64,000 nt of DNA from an uncultured Gammaproteobacteria bacterium (GTDB lineage Bacteria; Patescibacteriota; Microgenomatia; Levybacterales; GWA1-39-11). The notes beneath the pieces are model-generated. The model was not told where the DNA came from. It made no database searches and was given only the letters and a program-made list of their open reading frames with translations. Within the stretch, counting starts at the first letter, position 1, and every line of letters begins with the position of its first letter. The stretch is from positions 379,926 through 443,925 of the forward strand of contig CAZIAP010000001.1 in assembly GCA_964537315.1 (NCBI GenBank), read 5' to 3'. Of this stretch, positions 8,267 to 19,486 are shown piece by piece. Both the position numbers and the translations under genes were made by a program.

Positions 8267-9949
8267 CTATCCTCTTTTAAACAATCTGTATAAATCTTTC
8301 AAGCTGATTTCAACCGCAGTCGGTCTTCCATGAGGACAATTGGAGTTTCTATTTGTATTATCGAGCTTCTCAATCAACCGCCGCGCCTCGTCTTGAGTAA
8401 GTACGTCTCCTGCCTTAATTGCATTTCGACACGCGAGATACGAAATTATTGTATTGATGAATAACTCTAGATCCTTAATTTTACCCATTTCGCGAATATC
8501 TCCCAGTAGCTCTTGGATCAATTGATTATAATCCTGATCCATAAAGAGTTTATGGACTGATAACAATATAAAACTACTCCCATTTTTTCTAATCTCAAAT
8601 CCATTTGACGCAAACAAATCAAGGTACTCTTCTACAACTTCTTTATCGCTTAATGATAGATCTAAATCGATAGGAGCATGAAGTTTGAATTTATCTTGTT
8701 TGAGTTTTAATTCTTTATATGTCTCTAAATACTGTTCATATAGGATTCTTTCGTGTGCGGCATGCTGATCAACCATTAAAACTCCATTTTTGGTTTGAGC
8801 AATCAAAAAAGTTTTATCAACTTGTTGAATCTGATCAGTGTTAATGATTTTTAAAGAGTCTTTCACATTCCACTTTTCTGTTTTTTCCCTTAACATGAGC
8901 GCAGCTGGAGTATTAGTAGCACTGACTCTGGTAGTGGAATAAAGAGAAGAAAGATAAGTTAGATTATGACTCGCTAAAGAGTTTGATACTGAGGATTTTA
9001 CCACTTCGTATACCATATCGTTGTTTACGAAGCTAACCTGCTCTTTTCTTGGATGTACATTTACATCTACTGCTTCATGTGGTATCTCAATAGACATTAC
9101 GTATACCGGGAACCTAGTATTTTCAAGTAAATTCCCAAAGGCTTCTTTTACAACCCTTGTTATACCTCTATCACTCACCGAACGGTTGTTGATATATAGG
9201 TACTGTTTATCGCCTGATTGAACAGATACCTGCGGACGAGCAATGAATCCTTGTAACTTAAGATAGTCATCTGAGGCACTAATAGGAATTAGCTGCTGCG
9301 CGATTCTGTCTCCTAAAAGTGTCGATAATCTTTGAGATATATCCTGATTTTTTGGAAGATCTATAATAATACGATTATTATGAAGAAGCAGAAATCGTTT
9401 AGTTGGATATGAAAGCGCGTATTTTATAACTAAATCCAGAATATGTCGAAACTCAGTTCTTTCTGATCTCAAAAATTTTTTACGCGCGGGGACAGTGTGA
9501 AATAGGTTTTGCACTGAAATTGAGGTTCCAACTGGCATGCCTACTGGTCCCGACTTTATAACTGTCCCTGATTTTAGTATTACCTGTACACCGGCAGCAC
9601 TACCAGGTACTCTACTTTGCAAAACCATATCACTTATTGCTGCAATGCTTGCAAGCGCTTCACCGCGAAAACCTAAAGTTTTTATTCCTATTAAAGATTC
9701 ATCCTGAAGTTTGCTGGTAGTATGCGGCTTAAATGATTCAAACAAATCATCCTTTGTCATCCCTTCGCCATCATCAGTAATCATGATTTTCTTCAGCCCG
9801 CCTCTCTCAATCTGTATAGTGATACTATCTGCCCCCGCATCTAGTGAGTTTTCAATAAGTTCTTTAACTGCATATACAGGACGTTCTATTACCTCACCTG
9901 CAGCAATACGAGAGATAACATGTTCTGGAAGTGTCTGAATTCTAGGCAT
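8267..9949 (-). CDS. mutL: DNA mismatch repair protein MutL
   Basis: 'IAAGEVIERP', 'GFRGEALASI', 'DQHAAHER', 'CPHGRP'. Confidence 0.97.
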   Translation of the reverse strand: MPRIQTLPEHVISRIAAGEVIERPVYAVKELIENSLDAGADSITIQIERGGLKKIMITDDGEGMTKDDLFESFKPHTTSKLQDESLIGIKTLGFRGEALASIAAISDMVLQSRVPGSAAGVQVILKSGTVIKSGPVGMPVGTSISVQNLFHTVPARKKFLRSERTEFRHILDLVIKYALSYPTKRFLLLHNNRIIIDLPKNQDISQRLSTLLGDRIAQQLIPISASDDYLKLQGFIARPQVSVQSGDKQYLYINNRSVSDRGITRVVKEAFGNLLENTRFPVYVMSIEIPHEAVDVNVHPRKEQVSFVNNDMVYEVVKSSVSNSLASHNLTYLSSLYSTTRVSATNTPAALMLREKTEKWNVKDSLKIINTDQIQQVDKTFLIAQTKNGVLMVDQHAAHERILYEQYLETYKELKLKQDKFKLHAPIDLDLSLSDKEVVEEYLDLFASNGFEIRKNGSSFILLSVHKLFMDQDYNQLIQELLGDIREMGKIKDLELFINTIISYLACRNAIKAGDVLTQDEARRLIEKLDNTNRNSNCPHGRPTAVEISLKDLYRLFKRG

Positions 9950-9974
9950 AGAAGTACTATACTATAACAGTCAA

Positions 9975-12626
9975 TTAATCTGCGGCAACACGTTTTTCAC
10001 TTTTTTCAAATAAAGCTACTTTTCTTTTAATCTCTGCAAGAGTATTTAGAGCCTCAAGCGGAGTCATACGTGAGATATCTATATTTTCAAGTTCTTTATG
10101 AATCATGCGATCAAGTAAGTACGTGGGCTGTAGTTGGTAATCGGTAGAGTAAACTTTATCGGTCACTGAACTATTGTTGGCATAATCATGCGAACGAACT
10201 TCAAGGTCTTTCAATACTTCTTTTGCTTTAGCCACTACTTCTCCAGGTACGCCTGCGAGCTTTGCAACTGCGATACCAAAGCTATGCGATGCTCCGCCCT
10301 TTTGTATTGTATGTAGAAAAACAGGAGTACCTTTGTCGTCTGCAACCGCCATATGATAATTACAGATTTTATCAGGGTATTGTTCTTCCAGAGCTTGAAG
10401 CTCGTGATAGTGAGTTGCAAACAAAGTTTTTGGCGGAGACTTATAGTGAGTAGCCAGATATTCTGCGACGGCCCATGCAATACTAATTCCGTCATAAGTA
10501 CTTGTTCCTCTTCCGATTTCATCCATTACAATTAAACTATCTTTTGTAGCATTATGGAGTATCTGAGCTGTTTCAACCATCTCAACCATAAATGTAGATA
10601 ACCCGCCTGTGATAACATCAGATGCTCCACTTCTTACGAATATCCTGTCTACAACACTAATACGCGCTGACCTTGCAGGAACAAAACACCCCATCTGAGC
10701 CATAAGTACAATCAACGCCACCTGTCTGATATATACAGATTTACCAGCCATATTCGGACCAGTAATTAGCATCTGATTTCGGGAAACTGAGTCGAGTACT
10801 ACGTCATTTGGAACGAATCGAGAATCTTGCAGCAGTTTTTCAATAACCGGATGCCTCCCTTCCTGGATTTTAATCTCACCAGAATATACAATTTTTGGAC
10901 GTATATAGTCATTTTTGAGTGCTAAAACGGCGAAATTAAACAAACAATCAACTACTGCTATTGATTGAGCAGCTATTTGTATCGTCTCTGTGAAATAAAG
11001 CACTTTAGAGAGAATATCACTGTACAATTCATACTCCAACTCATTAATCTGCTCTTGAGCTGTTAGGATAATTTCTTCATGATGTTTTAGTTCAGGTGTT
11101 ATAAACCTTTCTCCGTTTACTAGTGTTTGTTTTCTTGTGTAAGTATCCGGAACTAGATGCAAGTTGGGTTTGGATACCTCAATATAAAACCCGAAAACCT
11201 TATTAAATTTTATTTTCAAAGAGGCAATTCCAGTCTTTTCCCGTTCACTTTGCTCCAGTTTTTCTATCCACTCCTGACTTCCTCCTACAATTGAACGAAG
11301 CTTGTCCAGTTTTTTATTTACCCCACTCTTAATTATTCCTCCATTTTTTAGATCTATAGATGGTTCATCCATAATAGTATCTGATAACAGATCAATTACT
11401 GAGGTCAAATTTTCTGATATATTTGTAGAAAGTTCATGCAGCAGAACAGGTTCCTTATCAGAAATAATCTCTTTTATCTTTAAAACTGCTTGAAGCGCGA
11501 ATTTTAAATTTACAAGATCTCGCGCATTTCCTGCATTAACCGAAAGTCGGGATAATATTCTCTCAAAGTCAGGCACCCGTTCAAGATCTTCTGTAAGTAA
11601 TACTTGAAACTCTTGTTGTTGTAGGTAAGAAACAGCATCCAGGCGAGCATCAATCTGAGACTTATCTATCAAGGGCTTTTTTATCCAAGATTTTAGCATT
11701 CTTGAACCCATCGCAGTTTTTGTATGATCCAAAATAAAATGCAGTGAACCTTTTGTATCATGATCACGGATAGTTGTAAAAAGTTCAAGATTGATCATTG
11801 TCGCTTGATCAAGAATTAGATGATCATCGTTAGAAAGGTTAGAAATCTTTTTAATATGAGAAACTGCGGTTTTTTGTGTATCATTTAAATATCTAAGTAA
11901 TGACGCACAAACAGTAAGAGATGCCTTAGATGTAGCAATTCCGAACGACGTCAATGTTTTAACTTTGAAATGCTCTCTGAGCATACTCTCTGCATCAGAT
12001 ATATCGTCGTACCAATCAGCAAAGGGAAATATGTTAAGACCACGCTCTGCTGAAAGTAGCCTCAGTAGTTCTTGGTCGTTATAAAGTCTATCAGGAAGAA
12101 TACACTCTACTGCGTTAATTTTTGAAAATTCATCACGTATAGTTTGTAAAAGATCTGAGGATATTACTTCGTATGTACTGAAAAAACCAGTAGATATATC
12201 AGCACAAGCAAATGAAACAGTTGAGTTTTGTATATCTATACCTACAATAAAATTGTTTTCTTTTTTATCTAAAATTTTTTCATCCACGACAGTACCCGGA
12301 GTTACAATACGCACAACATCACGCTCTACCAGACCCTTTTTATTTGGTGGACTCAGTTGTTCACAAATCGCCACTTTATATCCTGCTTTCACAAGCTTAG
12401 CAAGATATGCGTCTACAGCATGGTAAGGAACACCCGCCATCGGAATTTTCCCGTTTTTTCCATTAGATTTACCAGTAAGTGTGATATTCAGTACTTTGGC
12501 CCCAATATGAGCATCGTCAAGAAATAGCTCATAAAAATCCCCCATTCGGTAAAAAAGAAGACAGTCCGGATACCGAGACTTTATACTATGGTACTGCTTC
12601 ATCATTGGGGTATCAAACTTATTCAT
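9975..12626 (-). CDS. mutS: DNA mismatch repair protein MutS
   Basis: 'TPMMKQY', 'GDFYELF', 'TGPNMAGKS', 'DEIGRGTST'; ATG 12626 preferred because TATAAT lies 9 nt upstream. Confidence 0.97.
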   Translation of the reverse strand: MNKFDTPMMKQYHSIKSRYPDCLLFYRMGDFYELFLDDAHIGAKVLNITLTGKSNGKNGKIPMAGVPYHAVDAYLAKLVKAGYKVAICEQLSPPNKKGLVERDVVRIVTPGTVVDEKILDKKENNFIVGIDIQNSTVSFACADISTGFFSTYEVISSDLLQTIRDEFSKINAVECILPDRLYNDQELLRLLSAERGLNIFPFADWYDDISDAESMLREHFKVKTLTSFGIATSKASLTVCASLLRYLNDTQKTAVSHIKKISNLSNDDHLILDQATMINLELFTTIRDHDTKGSLHFILDHTKTAMGSRMLKSWIKKPLIDKSQIDARLDAVSYLQQQEFQVLLTEDLERVPDFERILSRLSVNAGNARDLVNLKFALQAVLKIKEIISDKEPVLLHELSTNISENLTSVIDLLSDTIMDEPSIDLKNGGIIKSGVNKKLDKLRSIVGGSQEWIEKLEQSEREKTGIASLKIKFNKVFGFYIEVSKPNLHLVPDTYTRKQTLVNGERFITPELKHHEEIILTAQEQINELEYELYSDILSKVLYFTETIQIAAQSIAVVDCLFNFAVLALKNDYIRPKIVYSGEIKIQEGRHPVIEKLLQDSRFVPNDVVLDSVSRNQMLITGPNMAGKSVYIRQVALIVLMAQMGCFVPARSARISVVDRIFVRSGASDVITGGLSTFMVEMVETAQILHNATKDSLIVMDEIGRGTSTYDGISIAWAVAEYLATHYKSPPKTLFATHYHELQALEEQYPDKICNYHMAVADDKGTPVFLHTIQKGGASHSFGIAVAKLAGVPGEVVAKAKEVLKDLEVRSHDYANNSSVTDKVYSTDYQLQPTYLLDRMIHKELENIDISRMTPLEALNTLAEIKRKVALFEKSEKRVAAD

Positions 12627-12758
12627 AATGATCAAATTATATGGATATTTAATATCATAACGTTTTTAATTTAGTTTGAAAAGATAAGGAGTTACAAACA
12701 AAGTTGATTTTATCTGATTTATCGTCCATACTAATAAAAGATATTATTCCCTGCAAAA

Positions 12759-14597
12759 ATGACAACTCATTTTGATTCAATCAAACGGAGGTATATAGGT
12801 ATTAGTGAAAGAGATAGTACAGCATACCTCTTCTTATCTTTAGATAAAGGTAAATCACCCTCATTTTCCCTTGCACACAGTCAAAACGGTATCACGTTTG
12901 AAGAGTTAGTCCAAAAACCCATAATAACCAAAGAAAACGGAGAGCGTGAAGATCCACGTAAATGTTCCAACTTCAGAATCTCAAAATTAGATGAATGGTA
13001 CTACTTAACTTACAAATTCACCCACGGAAAGCTATCTGCAATCTGTACAGCAGCAAGTCAAGATCTGGTCAGATGGACGAAGATTGGTGAAATTCCGAAC
13101 ATTGCATATACAGGAATGGTTGTTCCCGACTTTATGCATAATGCTCGATATGTAATGTACTATGGTGAAACAAATATTTATATTTCATACTCACAAGATC
13201 TGGCAACATGGGAAACAAAGCGTCTTCCCGTTCTCGCTCCACGCCCATCCCATTTTGATAACACAGATATAGAAGTAGGGGGAGTATTTGATACGCCTGA
13301 AGGAATATTGCTCCTATACTACGTCTTAGTCGATAAAAGATATCTTATTGGCGCTGCAATCTTTGATAAAAACGACCCTGAACACGTTTTATGGCGGTCA
13401 GATGAACCTTTGTGGGAACAGACACGGGATTGGAAAAAAACTAAAGTCAGCCCAATCGGAATCATCAACATGAATGGTTCATTTTACTCGTACTGGAACT
13501 TCGGAACTGATGGTATTTTTGCAATTAACTTTAACCTTAAAAGACAGATCGAAGTAATTAGTAAAGGCAAGCATCCTGAACTTTCAAAGCACCACAAAAA
13601 TCCTATTCTTACTTCAAGAGTTCATTTACCTTGGGAATCTCAGGCGACAATGAATCCTGCAGCAGTTTATGAGAAAGGTAAAGTACATTTAGCATACCGA
13701 GCAATAGGTGACTCTGGGTTGTCTGTAGTGGGATATGCTTCAAGCGATGATGGAATACATTTTGATAATAGACCTGAAAAACCAATGTATATACCACGAG
13801 AAAAGTTTGAGTGGAGCGGAGTTTCACCTGTAGATAGTCAAGAAAAGTTTATGTCAGGGGGAGGATATGGTGGTTGCGAAGATCCAAGACTCACTCACAT
13901 TGATGATAAGTTCTACTTAACTTATGTTGCATACGATGGGATGAATCCGCCGAGGGTTGCAATTTCTTCTATTCCTGAAGATGATTTCCACGCTCAGAAC
14001 TGGGATGCATGGAAGAAGCCCGTGATTATTTCAAAGCCAGGAATTGTCGATAAAAATGCATGTATTCTTCCGGAAAAAATTAACGGTAAATACGTGATAT
14101 TTCATCGCATATTTCCCCACATTCTAATAGACTTCGTAGATAGTCTAGAGTTTGACGGTACACAGTACTTACAGGGCGAACACAAAATCTCCCCTACCGA
14201 TTACGGTTGGGACAGTCGAAAAGTAGGAGCAGGACCTCCTCCTATGAAAACCGATGACGGTTGGCTACTTATTTATCATGCTGTAGATGACAAAGATGAC
14301 TCACAATACAAAATGGGTGCTATGCTTCTTGATCTTGATGATCCTACAAAAGTTTTATACCGAACACAAAAACCCATTCTTGCTCCAACTGAGTGGTATG
14401 AAAATCACGGATTTAAAGCAGGAGTCGCATACCCTTGCGGAGCAGTCATTAAAGATGGTATGCTTTATGTATATTATGGTGGCGCAGACAGTTATGTGTG
14501 TGTGGCCATGGCAAACCTAGACGAATTTCTAGACCACCTGAAACACCACGAGGAAATAATACTTCAACCTATTTCCATTAGTGCCGAATACGTATGA
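12759..14597 (+). CDS. GH130-like glycosidase/phosphorylase, two beta-propeller domains (N-terminal one degenerate)
   Basis: 'NPAA', 'CEDPR', 'DKNA', 'GAGPPP', 'YGGAD'. Confidence 0.85.
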   Translation: MTTHFDSIKRRYIGISERDSTAYLFLSLDKGKSPSFSLAHSQNGITFEELVQKPIITKENGEREDPRKCSNFRISKLDEWYYLTYKFTHGKLSAICTAASQDLVRWTKIGEIPNIAYTGMVVPDFMHNARYVMYYGETNIYISYSQDLATWETKRLPVLAPRPSHFDNTDIEVGGVFDTPEGILLLYYVLVDKRYLIGAAIFDKNDPEHVLWRSDEPLWEQTRDWKKTKVSPIGIINMNGSFYSYWNFGTDGIFAINFNLKRQIEVISKGKHPELSKHHKNPILTSRVHLPWESQATMNPAAVYEKGKVHLAYRAIGDSGLSVVGYASSDDGIHFDNRPEKPMYIPREKFEWSGVSPVDSQEKFMSGGGYGGCEDPRLTHIDDKFYLTYVAYDGMNPPRVAISSIPEDDFHAQNWDAWKKPVIISKPGIVDKNACILPEKINGKYVIFHRIFPHILIDFVDSLEFDGTQYLQGEHKISPTDYGWDSRKVGAGPPPMKTDDGWLLIYHAVDDKDDSQYKMGAMLLDLDDPTKVLYRTQKPILAPTEWYENHGFKAGVAYPCGAVIKDGMLYVYYGGADSYVCVAMANLDEFLDHLKHHEEIILQPISISAEYV

Positions 14598-16516
14598 TAC
14601 TAGCTGAGCGATATTACAATAATCCTATTTTATCTCCTGTAATTCATAATCCTTGGGAGAATTTAGCGGCTTTTAACGGATGTGTTATACACCAAGATGG
14701 AAAGTACCACATGTTGTACCGTGCCCTTTCCAAAGAATCATGGGTAGGTGATGATGTATTGCAACTATCATCCATCGGGTATGCGTCAAGCGACGATGGC
14801 ATGCATTGGGGAGGTAGAAGACAATTAATTAAACCTGAGTACCCTTGGGATAAGTATGGTTGTGAAGATCCACGAATCACGTACTTTGAAGGTAAGTATT
14901 ATATATTCTACACCGCCCTCTCAACCTTTCCTTTTGGACCGGATGGTATAAAAGTGGCCATGGCAACAACAACTGATTTTCAAAATATTACACAAAGAAC
15001 ATTGGTAACTGATTTTAATGCAAAAGCTGCTTGCATTTTCCCTGAAAGAATCAATGGAAAAATCGCTATGCTGTTGACTGCAAATACTGACAGACCACCT
15101 GCACAAATTTCGCTTGCTTTTTTTGATAATGAAGATCAAATAACCTCCAAAAGTTACTGGAAAAAGTGGTACGAGACTCTGCCTGACCATGCAATAAATT
15201 TAAAACGCAGCGATGAAGATCACGTTGAAATTGGTGCTCCTCCTCTTAAAACTGATAAAGGATGGTTGCTAGTTTATTCGCATATTCGCAACTATTTTTC
15301 TCAACACAAGATATTTGGAATCGAGGCCGTATTACTCGACCTAAATGATCCTACAAAGATAGTCGGACGCACTAACTCACCTTTGCTTGTTCCAAGCGAA
15401 GAGTATGAGCTATATGGAATAGTGCCAAATATTACATTCCCTTCAGGAGCGGTAATCGATGATGATACTCTCCGAATTTACTACGGCGGTGCAGACACCC
15501 GAGTCTGCATGGCAACCTGTAGCGTATCAGAGCTTATAGATGAAATGATTAATGGTGTAAAACCTAAAATAATTTCAGGAAAAAATGAATATCTTATCCG
15601 TTACGATAAAAACCCAATTCTCTCTCCTATTGAAGAACATGAATGGGAAAGAAAAGCTGCTTTTAATCCCACTGCACTGCTTTTAGATGATACGGTGCAT
15701 ATTGTCTACAGAGGCTGGTCAGATGATGATATTTCGACAATGGGTTATGCTTCTTCAAAAGACGGATTTACAATTGATGAACGACTTCCCGACCCTATCT
15801 ACGTACCACGAGCAAACTTCGAAACGAGTAAAGACACTGGCGGATACGGTTGCGAAGATGGAAGATTAACCCTGATAGATAATAGAGTTTATGTTACATA
15901 CACTGCATATGATGCAAAAAATGTTCCTCAGGTCGGACTTTCATCAATTGCAGTAGAAGATTTTGTTAGTAAAAATTGGAACAACTGGACACTGCCTATT
16001 GTCATTTCGCCGCCAGGTATTGATGATAAAGATGCAGCAATATTACCTGAAAAAATAAACGGAAAGTACATGATATATCACCGAATTGACAAGAGAATTT
16101 GGGTAGACTTTGTTGATAACCTTGCTTTCCCGCACGACACTTATATACAAGGATTTCCATGGCTCTCACCTCGTCCCGGAAAATGGGACGATCTTAAAAT
16201 CGGTATAGCCGGACCACCTATCTGGACAGATCAAGGCTGGATATTTATGTATCACGGAATTTCAAGCAGGGACAACGCATATCGCTTGGGCGCGATCTTG
16301 TTAGATCTAGATGACCCTACTAAAATCATTAGTAGAATTGATGACCCAATACTGGAACCTGTTGAAGATTATGAGCAAGAAGGATGGGTACCCCACGTTG
16401 TGTTCCCTTGCGGAGCAGTGATTAAAGATAAACAGTTATTAGTGTACTACGGAGGAGCTGACAAAGTTGTAGGTGTTGCCTATTGTGATATTGATAAATT
16501 CCTCGGGAAGTTCTAA
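14594..16516 (+). CDS. GH130-like glycosidase/phosphorylase, two domains
   Basis: Two repeats of AFN / CED(P/G)R / YYGGAD motifs. Confidence 0.87.
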   Translation: MILAERYYNNPILSPVIHNPWENLAAFNGCVIHQDGKYHMLYRALSKESWVGDDVLQLSSIGYASSDDGMHWGGRRQLIKPEYPWDKYGCEDPRITYFEGKYYIFYTALSTFPFGPDGIKVAMATTTDFQNITQRTLVTDFNAKAACIFPERINGKIAMLLTANTDRPPAQISLAFFDNEDQITSKSYWKKWYETLPDHAINLKRSDEDHVEIGAPPLKTDKGWLLVYSHIRNYFSQHKIFGIEAVLLDLNDPTKIVGRTNSPLLVPSEEYELYGIVPNITFPSGAVIDDDTLRIYYGGADTRVCMATCSVSELIDEMINGVKPKIISGKNEYLIRYDKNPILSPIEEHEWERKAAFNPTALLLDDTVHIVYRGWSDDDISTMGYASSKDGFTIDERLPDPIYVPRANFETSKDTGGYGCEDGRLTLIDNRVYVTYTAYDAKNVPQVGLSSIAVEDFVSKNWNNWTLPIVISPPGIDDKDAAILPEKINGKYMIYHRIDKRIWVDFVDNLAFPHDTYIQGFPWLSPRPGKWDDLKIGIAGPPIWTDQGWIFMYHGISSRDNAYRLGAILLDLDDPTKIISRIDDPILEPVEDYEQEGWVPHVVFPCGAVIKDKQLLVYYGGADKVVGVAYCDIDKFLGKF

Positions 16517-16558
16517 GAAGGTAAATGTAGTTGATGTTCTCTGATATAATGTACACTA

Positions 16559-17116
16559 ATGAAAATAATTGGAATCGCAGGAAGCTTACGAAAAGACTCA
16601 CTAAATAAAAAAGTATTAGCAGCAGCTGCCGAAATCTTACAAGAACTAAATCCCACAATCGAATATACTGCTTTAGACCTTAAATACCTAAATCTTCCAA
16701 TATACGATCAAGACATTCAGGATAGTGGTATGCCTGAAAATGTCATGGAGTTTAAATCTGCAGTTGAATCTGCAGATGTCATCCTCATCTGTACCCCAGA
16801 GTATAATCACTCTATCCCTGGAGGGCTAAAAAACGCAGTAGACTGGGCTTCAAGAGGGAAAAATTCATTTGCACGCAAGGTTGTAGCAATAATGGGCGCT
16901 ACAGACGGAATGGGAGGAACAATTCGCTCACAAGAACACCTGAGAGTAGCGCTTGCTGCGCTTAACTCATATGTTATACCGTATCCGGAGGTGTTTATTC
17001 GCAATGCTAATGAACTTTTAGATGAAAAAGGGATGTTTGTTGACGAAAAAGGACTATCACAGATTAAGAAATTACTTGAGCGAACGCTCAAGATTGCTGA
17101 ACGGATTAAAGAATAA
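16559..17116 (+). CDS. NAD(P)H-dependent FMN reductase
   Basis: 'GSLRKDSLN', 'TPEYNHSIPGGLKNAVDWASR'. Confidence 0.92.
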   Translation: MKIIGIAGSLRKDSLNKKVLAAAAEILQELNPTIEYTALDLKYLNLPIYDQDIQDSGMPENVMEFKSAVESADVILICTPEYNHSIPGGLKNAVDWASRGKNSFARKVVAIMGATDGMGGTIRSQEHLRVALAALNSYVIPYPEVFIRNANELLDEKGMFVDEKGLSQIKKLLERTLKIAERIKE

Positions 17117-17138
17117 CAAGTTGTAGGTGGTGATTATA

Positions 17139-17402
17139 ATGAATGATAAACAACCAAAACGTAATACATCAATTAATCTAAATCCTGAGCTAACAAAAAT
17201 TCTTTATACTGACATGATTTACATCAATGTAAATGAAGACGGAACAACTCTCGATGTCTGTCAAAAAGTAGGACCTACCGACCAGTTTCACGTTGTTGCA
17301 AGAATAGGTATGAGCCGAGACCATGCAAAGAAACTCGCAAGCGAGTTATCAAAGATACTTGCTCTGACTTTCGCCCAAAGCAAAACAGGAGAAGAGAACT
17401 AG
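17139..17402 (+). CDS. DUF3467-like small protein
   Basis: 'ILYTD..I......LD', 'VVARIGMSRDHAKKL'; SD AGGTGGTGA supports ATG 17139. Confidence 0.65.
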   Translation: MNDKQPKRNTSINLNPELTKILYTDMIYINVNEDGTTLDVCQKVGPTDQFHVVARIGMSRDHAKKLASELSKILALTFAQSKTGEEN

Positions 17403-17406
17403 GGTA

Positions 17407-17441
17407 AATTCCTAATTACTAATTTCTAATTCCTAATTGAC
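17407..17441. repeat. heptamer tandem repeat (AATTHCT) x5
   Basis: aattcct aattact aatttct aattcct aattgac. Confidence 0.8.
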
Positions 17442-17444
17442 CCT

Positions 17445-17552
17445 ATGAAATGGCAAGTGCTCTTGGGGCGCTTTAGTGAACGAATAAAGATTTTGAGTGC
17501 ATGAACAAGACCTGGCGAGAGTTTTTGGTTCTTTTGTCGGCACAAAAGAACT
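17445..17552. repeat. REP/MITE-like intergenic element ending in a 10-bp hairpin
   Basis: TTTTTG-GTTCTTTTGT-cggc-ACAAAAGAAC; GC-richer than flanks, between convergent genes. Confidence 0.4.
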
Positions 17553-17582
17553 ATAAAAGGTAAAATAATTTTAAAAATTAAA

Positions 17583-17948
17583 TTAAAATATTAAATCAAC
17601 AATTCTTGGTGCAAAAATAATCAACCCCACGATTATTGAGAATGCGGCTGATAAAAAAACTGCCGCCGCAGCCACATCTTTTGCAATCATTGCTTCTTTG
17701 CGATGCTCTCTAACAATAAGATTTGTCATTTCCTCGATTGCGGTATTCATCATTTCGCATATGATCACAAAAAAAATAGTGATGAGGATAAACAAATATT
17801 CTAGATATGAAATTTTCAATAAATAAGAAAGAATGAGTGCACCAATTGCAGCGAAAATATGCACACGTATATTTTGATGATCACGCCAGATATGGGCAAA
17901 CCCTGCAAAAGCATAGCGAAATGATCGGGTTATTTTTGATAAATTCAT
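17583..17948 (-). CDS. dgkA: diacylglycerol/undecaprenol kinase (DgkA family)
   Basis: 'SFRYAFAG', 'EMMNTAIE', 'AKDVAAAAV'. Confidence 0.9.
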   Translation of the reverse strand: MNLSKITRSFRYAFAGFAHIWRDHQNIRVHIFAAIGALILSYLLKISYLEYLFILITIFFVIICEMMNTAIEEMTNLIVREHRKEAMIAKDVAAAAVFLSAAFSIIVGLIIFAPRIVDLIF

Positions 17949-17964
17949 ATAATTTCGTTAACTG

Positions 17965-19356
17965 CTATCTGAGTAACTCAAGTATCCTATCTTTTCCAAG
18001 CAGTGCAAATACATCTACTAATGGTAGCCCTTGATCTGTTCCTATAACTATTTTATACAAAAATTTAAAACTAATGCTATGTTCTTTTGTAAATGACCTT
18101 AAAGTATCTAGTATATTGTCTGTGCTCCATTCCTCTATTGAAGACAGTGCTTCAGAAAGTTTGCTTTGTAGTTGCTTTTCCTCTTCTGACAATGTCAGAT
18201 CCTGTTTTTCTATAAAAGGCAAAACAAGCGTCTTAAATTCGGATAGTGTTTTCATGCGTGTTTTTGCTAAAGGAATAAATGAGTTTACTAATTGTTCATC
18301 CAATGAAGAAATCGAAGCGTCAAAGTCTTTCAGTCTTTGCTTCAAGTCCGCGTCACTCAGCTCTCTAATATACATACCGTTCATCCATGTGAGCTTTACT
18401 AAATCAAATATTGGCCCGACTGGCTTTAGATCAGAAAGCTCAAACAGAGAAATAAATTCATCTAGTGTAAATATTTCCTTTTCTTCCGGATGACTCCATC
18501 CCATAAGCGCCAAATAATTTAAAATGGCTTCTGGTAAATATCCTGATTCTTTATACCAGCTTACGTTGGTATGCCCGTGTCGTTTAGAAAGCTTAGATTT
18601 ATCTGGATTTCTCAATACTGGCGTGTGAAAGAATAATGGTTTTTCCCACCCAAAGTAGTCATAAAGCAGTACGTGTTTAGGCGCAGAAGTAAGCCACTCT
18701 TCTCCTCTAACTACATGACTTATTTTCATCAAGTGGTCATCAACTACTACTCCAAGATGATAAGTTGGAAATCCATCAGATTTAAGAAGTACCTGTTCGT
18801 CAATTTCTCCTGAATCAAACTGAATCTCACCCCTTATTTCATCCCGCACATTAATCGTCTGGTTATCCGGAATTTTCAGTCGTATCACATATGGAATGTT
18901 CTCAGCCATATTTCTTGATATTTCCTGCGGATCTAATGATCTGCAGTGCCTATCATACCTAAGCGGTTTCTTCTCTGACCGTAATTGCTCACGCATCTGG
19001 TCAAGACGTTCTTTTGTGCAGAAGCAGTAATAAGCATGTCCTTTTTTTACAAGTTCTTCTGCATACTTAGCATATGTTTCAAGCCGCTGAGACTGTCGAT
19101 ATGGTGCGTATTTGCCTTCTTTACGTGGTGACTCATCTTCTTCTAAACCAAACCAATCTAAAGCTTGAAATATAACTTCCTCTGCCCCTTCCACAAATCT
19201 AGATTGATCAGTATCCTCGATACGAACAAGAAACTGTCCGTCATTTTTCCGAGCAAAAGCAAAATTAAATAGTGCTTGGTAAATTGTTCCGATATGCGGA
19301 TAGCCTGTAGGGCTTGGAGCAACTCGGGTACGAACCGAAATATTTTCTGTACTCAT
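17965..19356 (-). CDS. gltX: glutamate--tRNA ligase
   Basis: 'APSPTGYPHIG', 'RIEDTD', 'KLSKR'. Confidence 0.97.
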   Translation of the reverse strand: MSTENISVRTRVAPSPTGYPHIGTIYQALFNFAFARKNDGQFLVRIEDTDQSRFVEGAEEVIFQALDWFGLEEDESPRKEGKYAPYRQSQRLETYAKYAEELVKKGHAYYCFCTKERLDQMREQLRSEKKPLRYDRHCRSLDPQEISRNMAENIPYVIRLKIPDNQTINVRDEIRGEIQFDSGEIDEQVLLKSDGFPTYHLGVVVDDHLMKISHVVRGEEWLTSAPKHVLLYDYFGWEKPLFFHTPVLRNPDKSKLSKRHGHTNVSWYKESGYLPEAILNYLALMGWSHPEEKEIFTLDEFISLFELSDLKPVGPIFDLVKLTWMNGMYIRELSDADLKQRLKDFDASISSLDEQLVNSFIPLAKTRMKTLSEFKTLVLPFIEKQDLTLSEEEKQLQSKLSEALSSIEEWSTDNILDTLRSFTKEHSISFKFLYKIVIGTDQGLPLVDVFALLGKDRILELLR

Positions 19357-19486
19357 TCCTTGAATTTTACCTTAATCTTACCCTATACTCAATATAGATA
19401 GGTTCTTAGTTTGTAGTACTTGGAGGACTACAAATAAATTCCACTGAGTAACTATTAACAATAACTAATCTCTACAAAATAATTTT

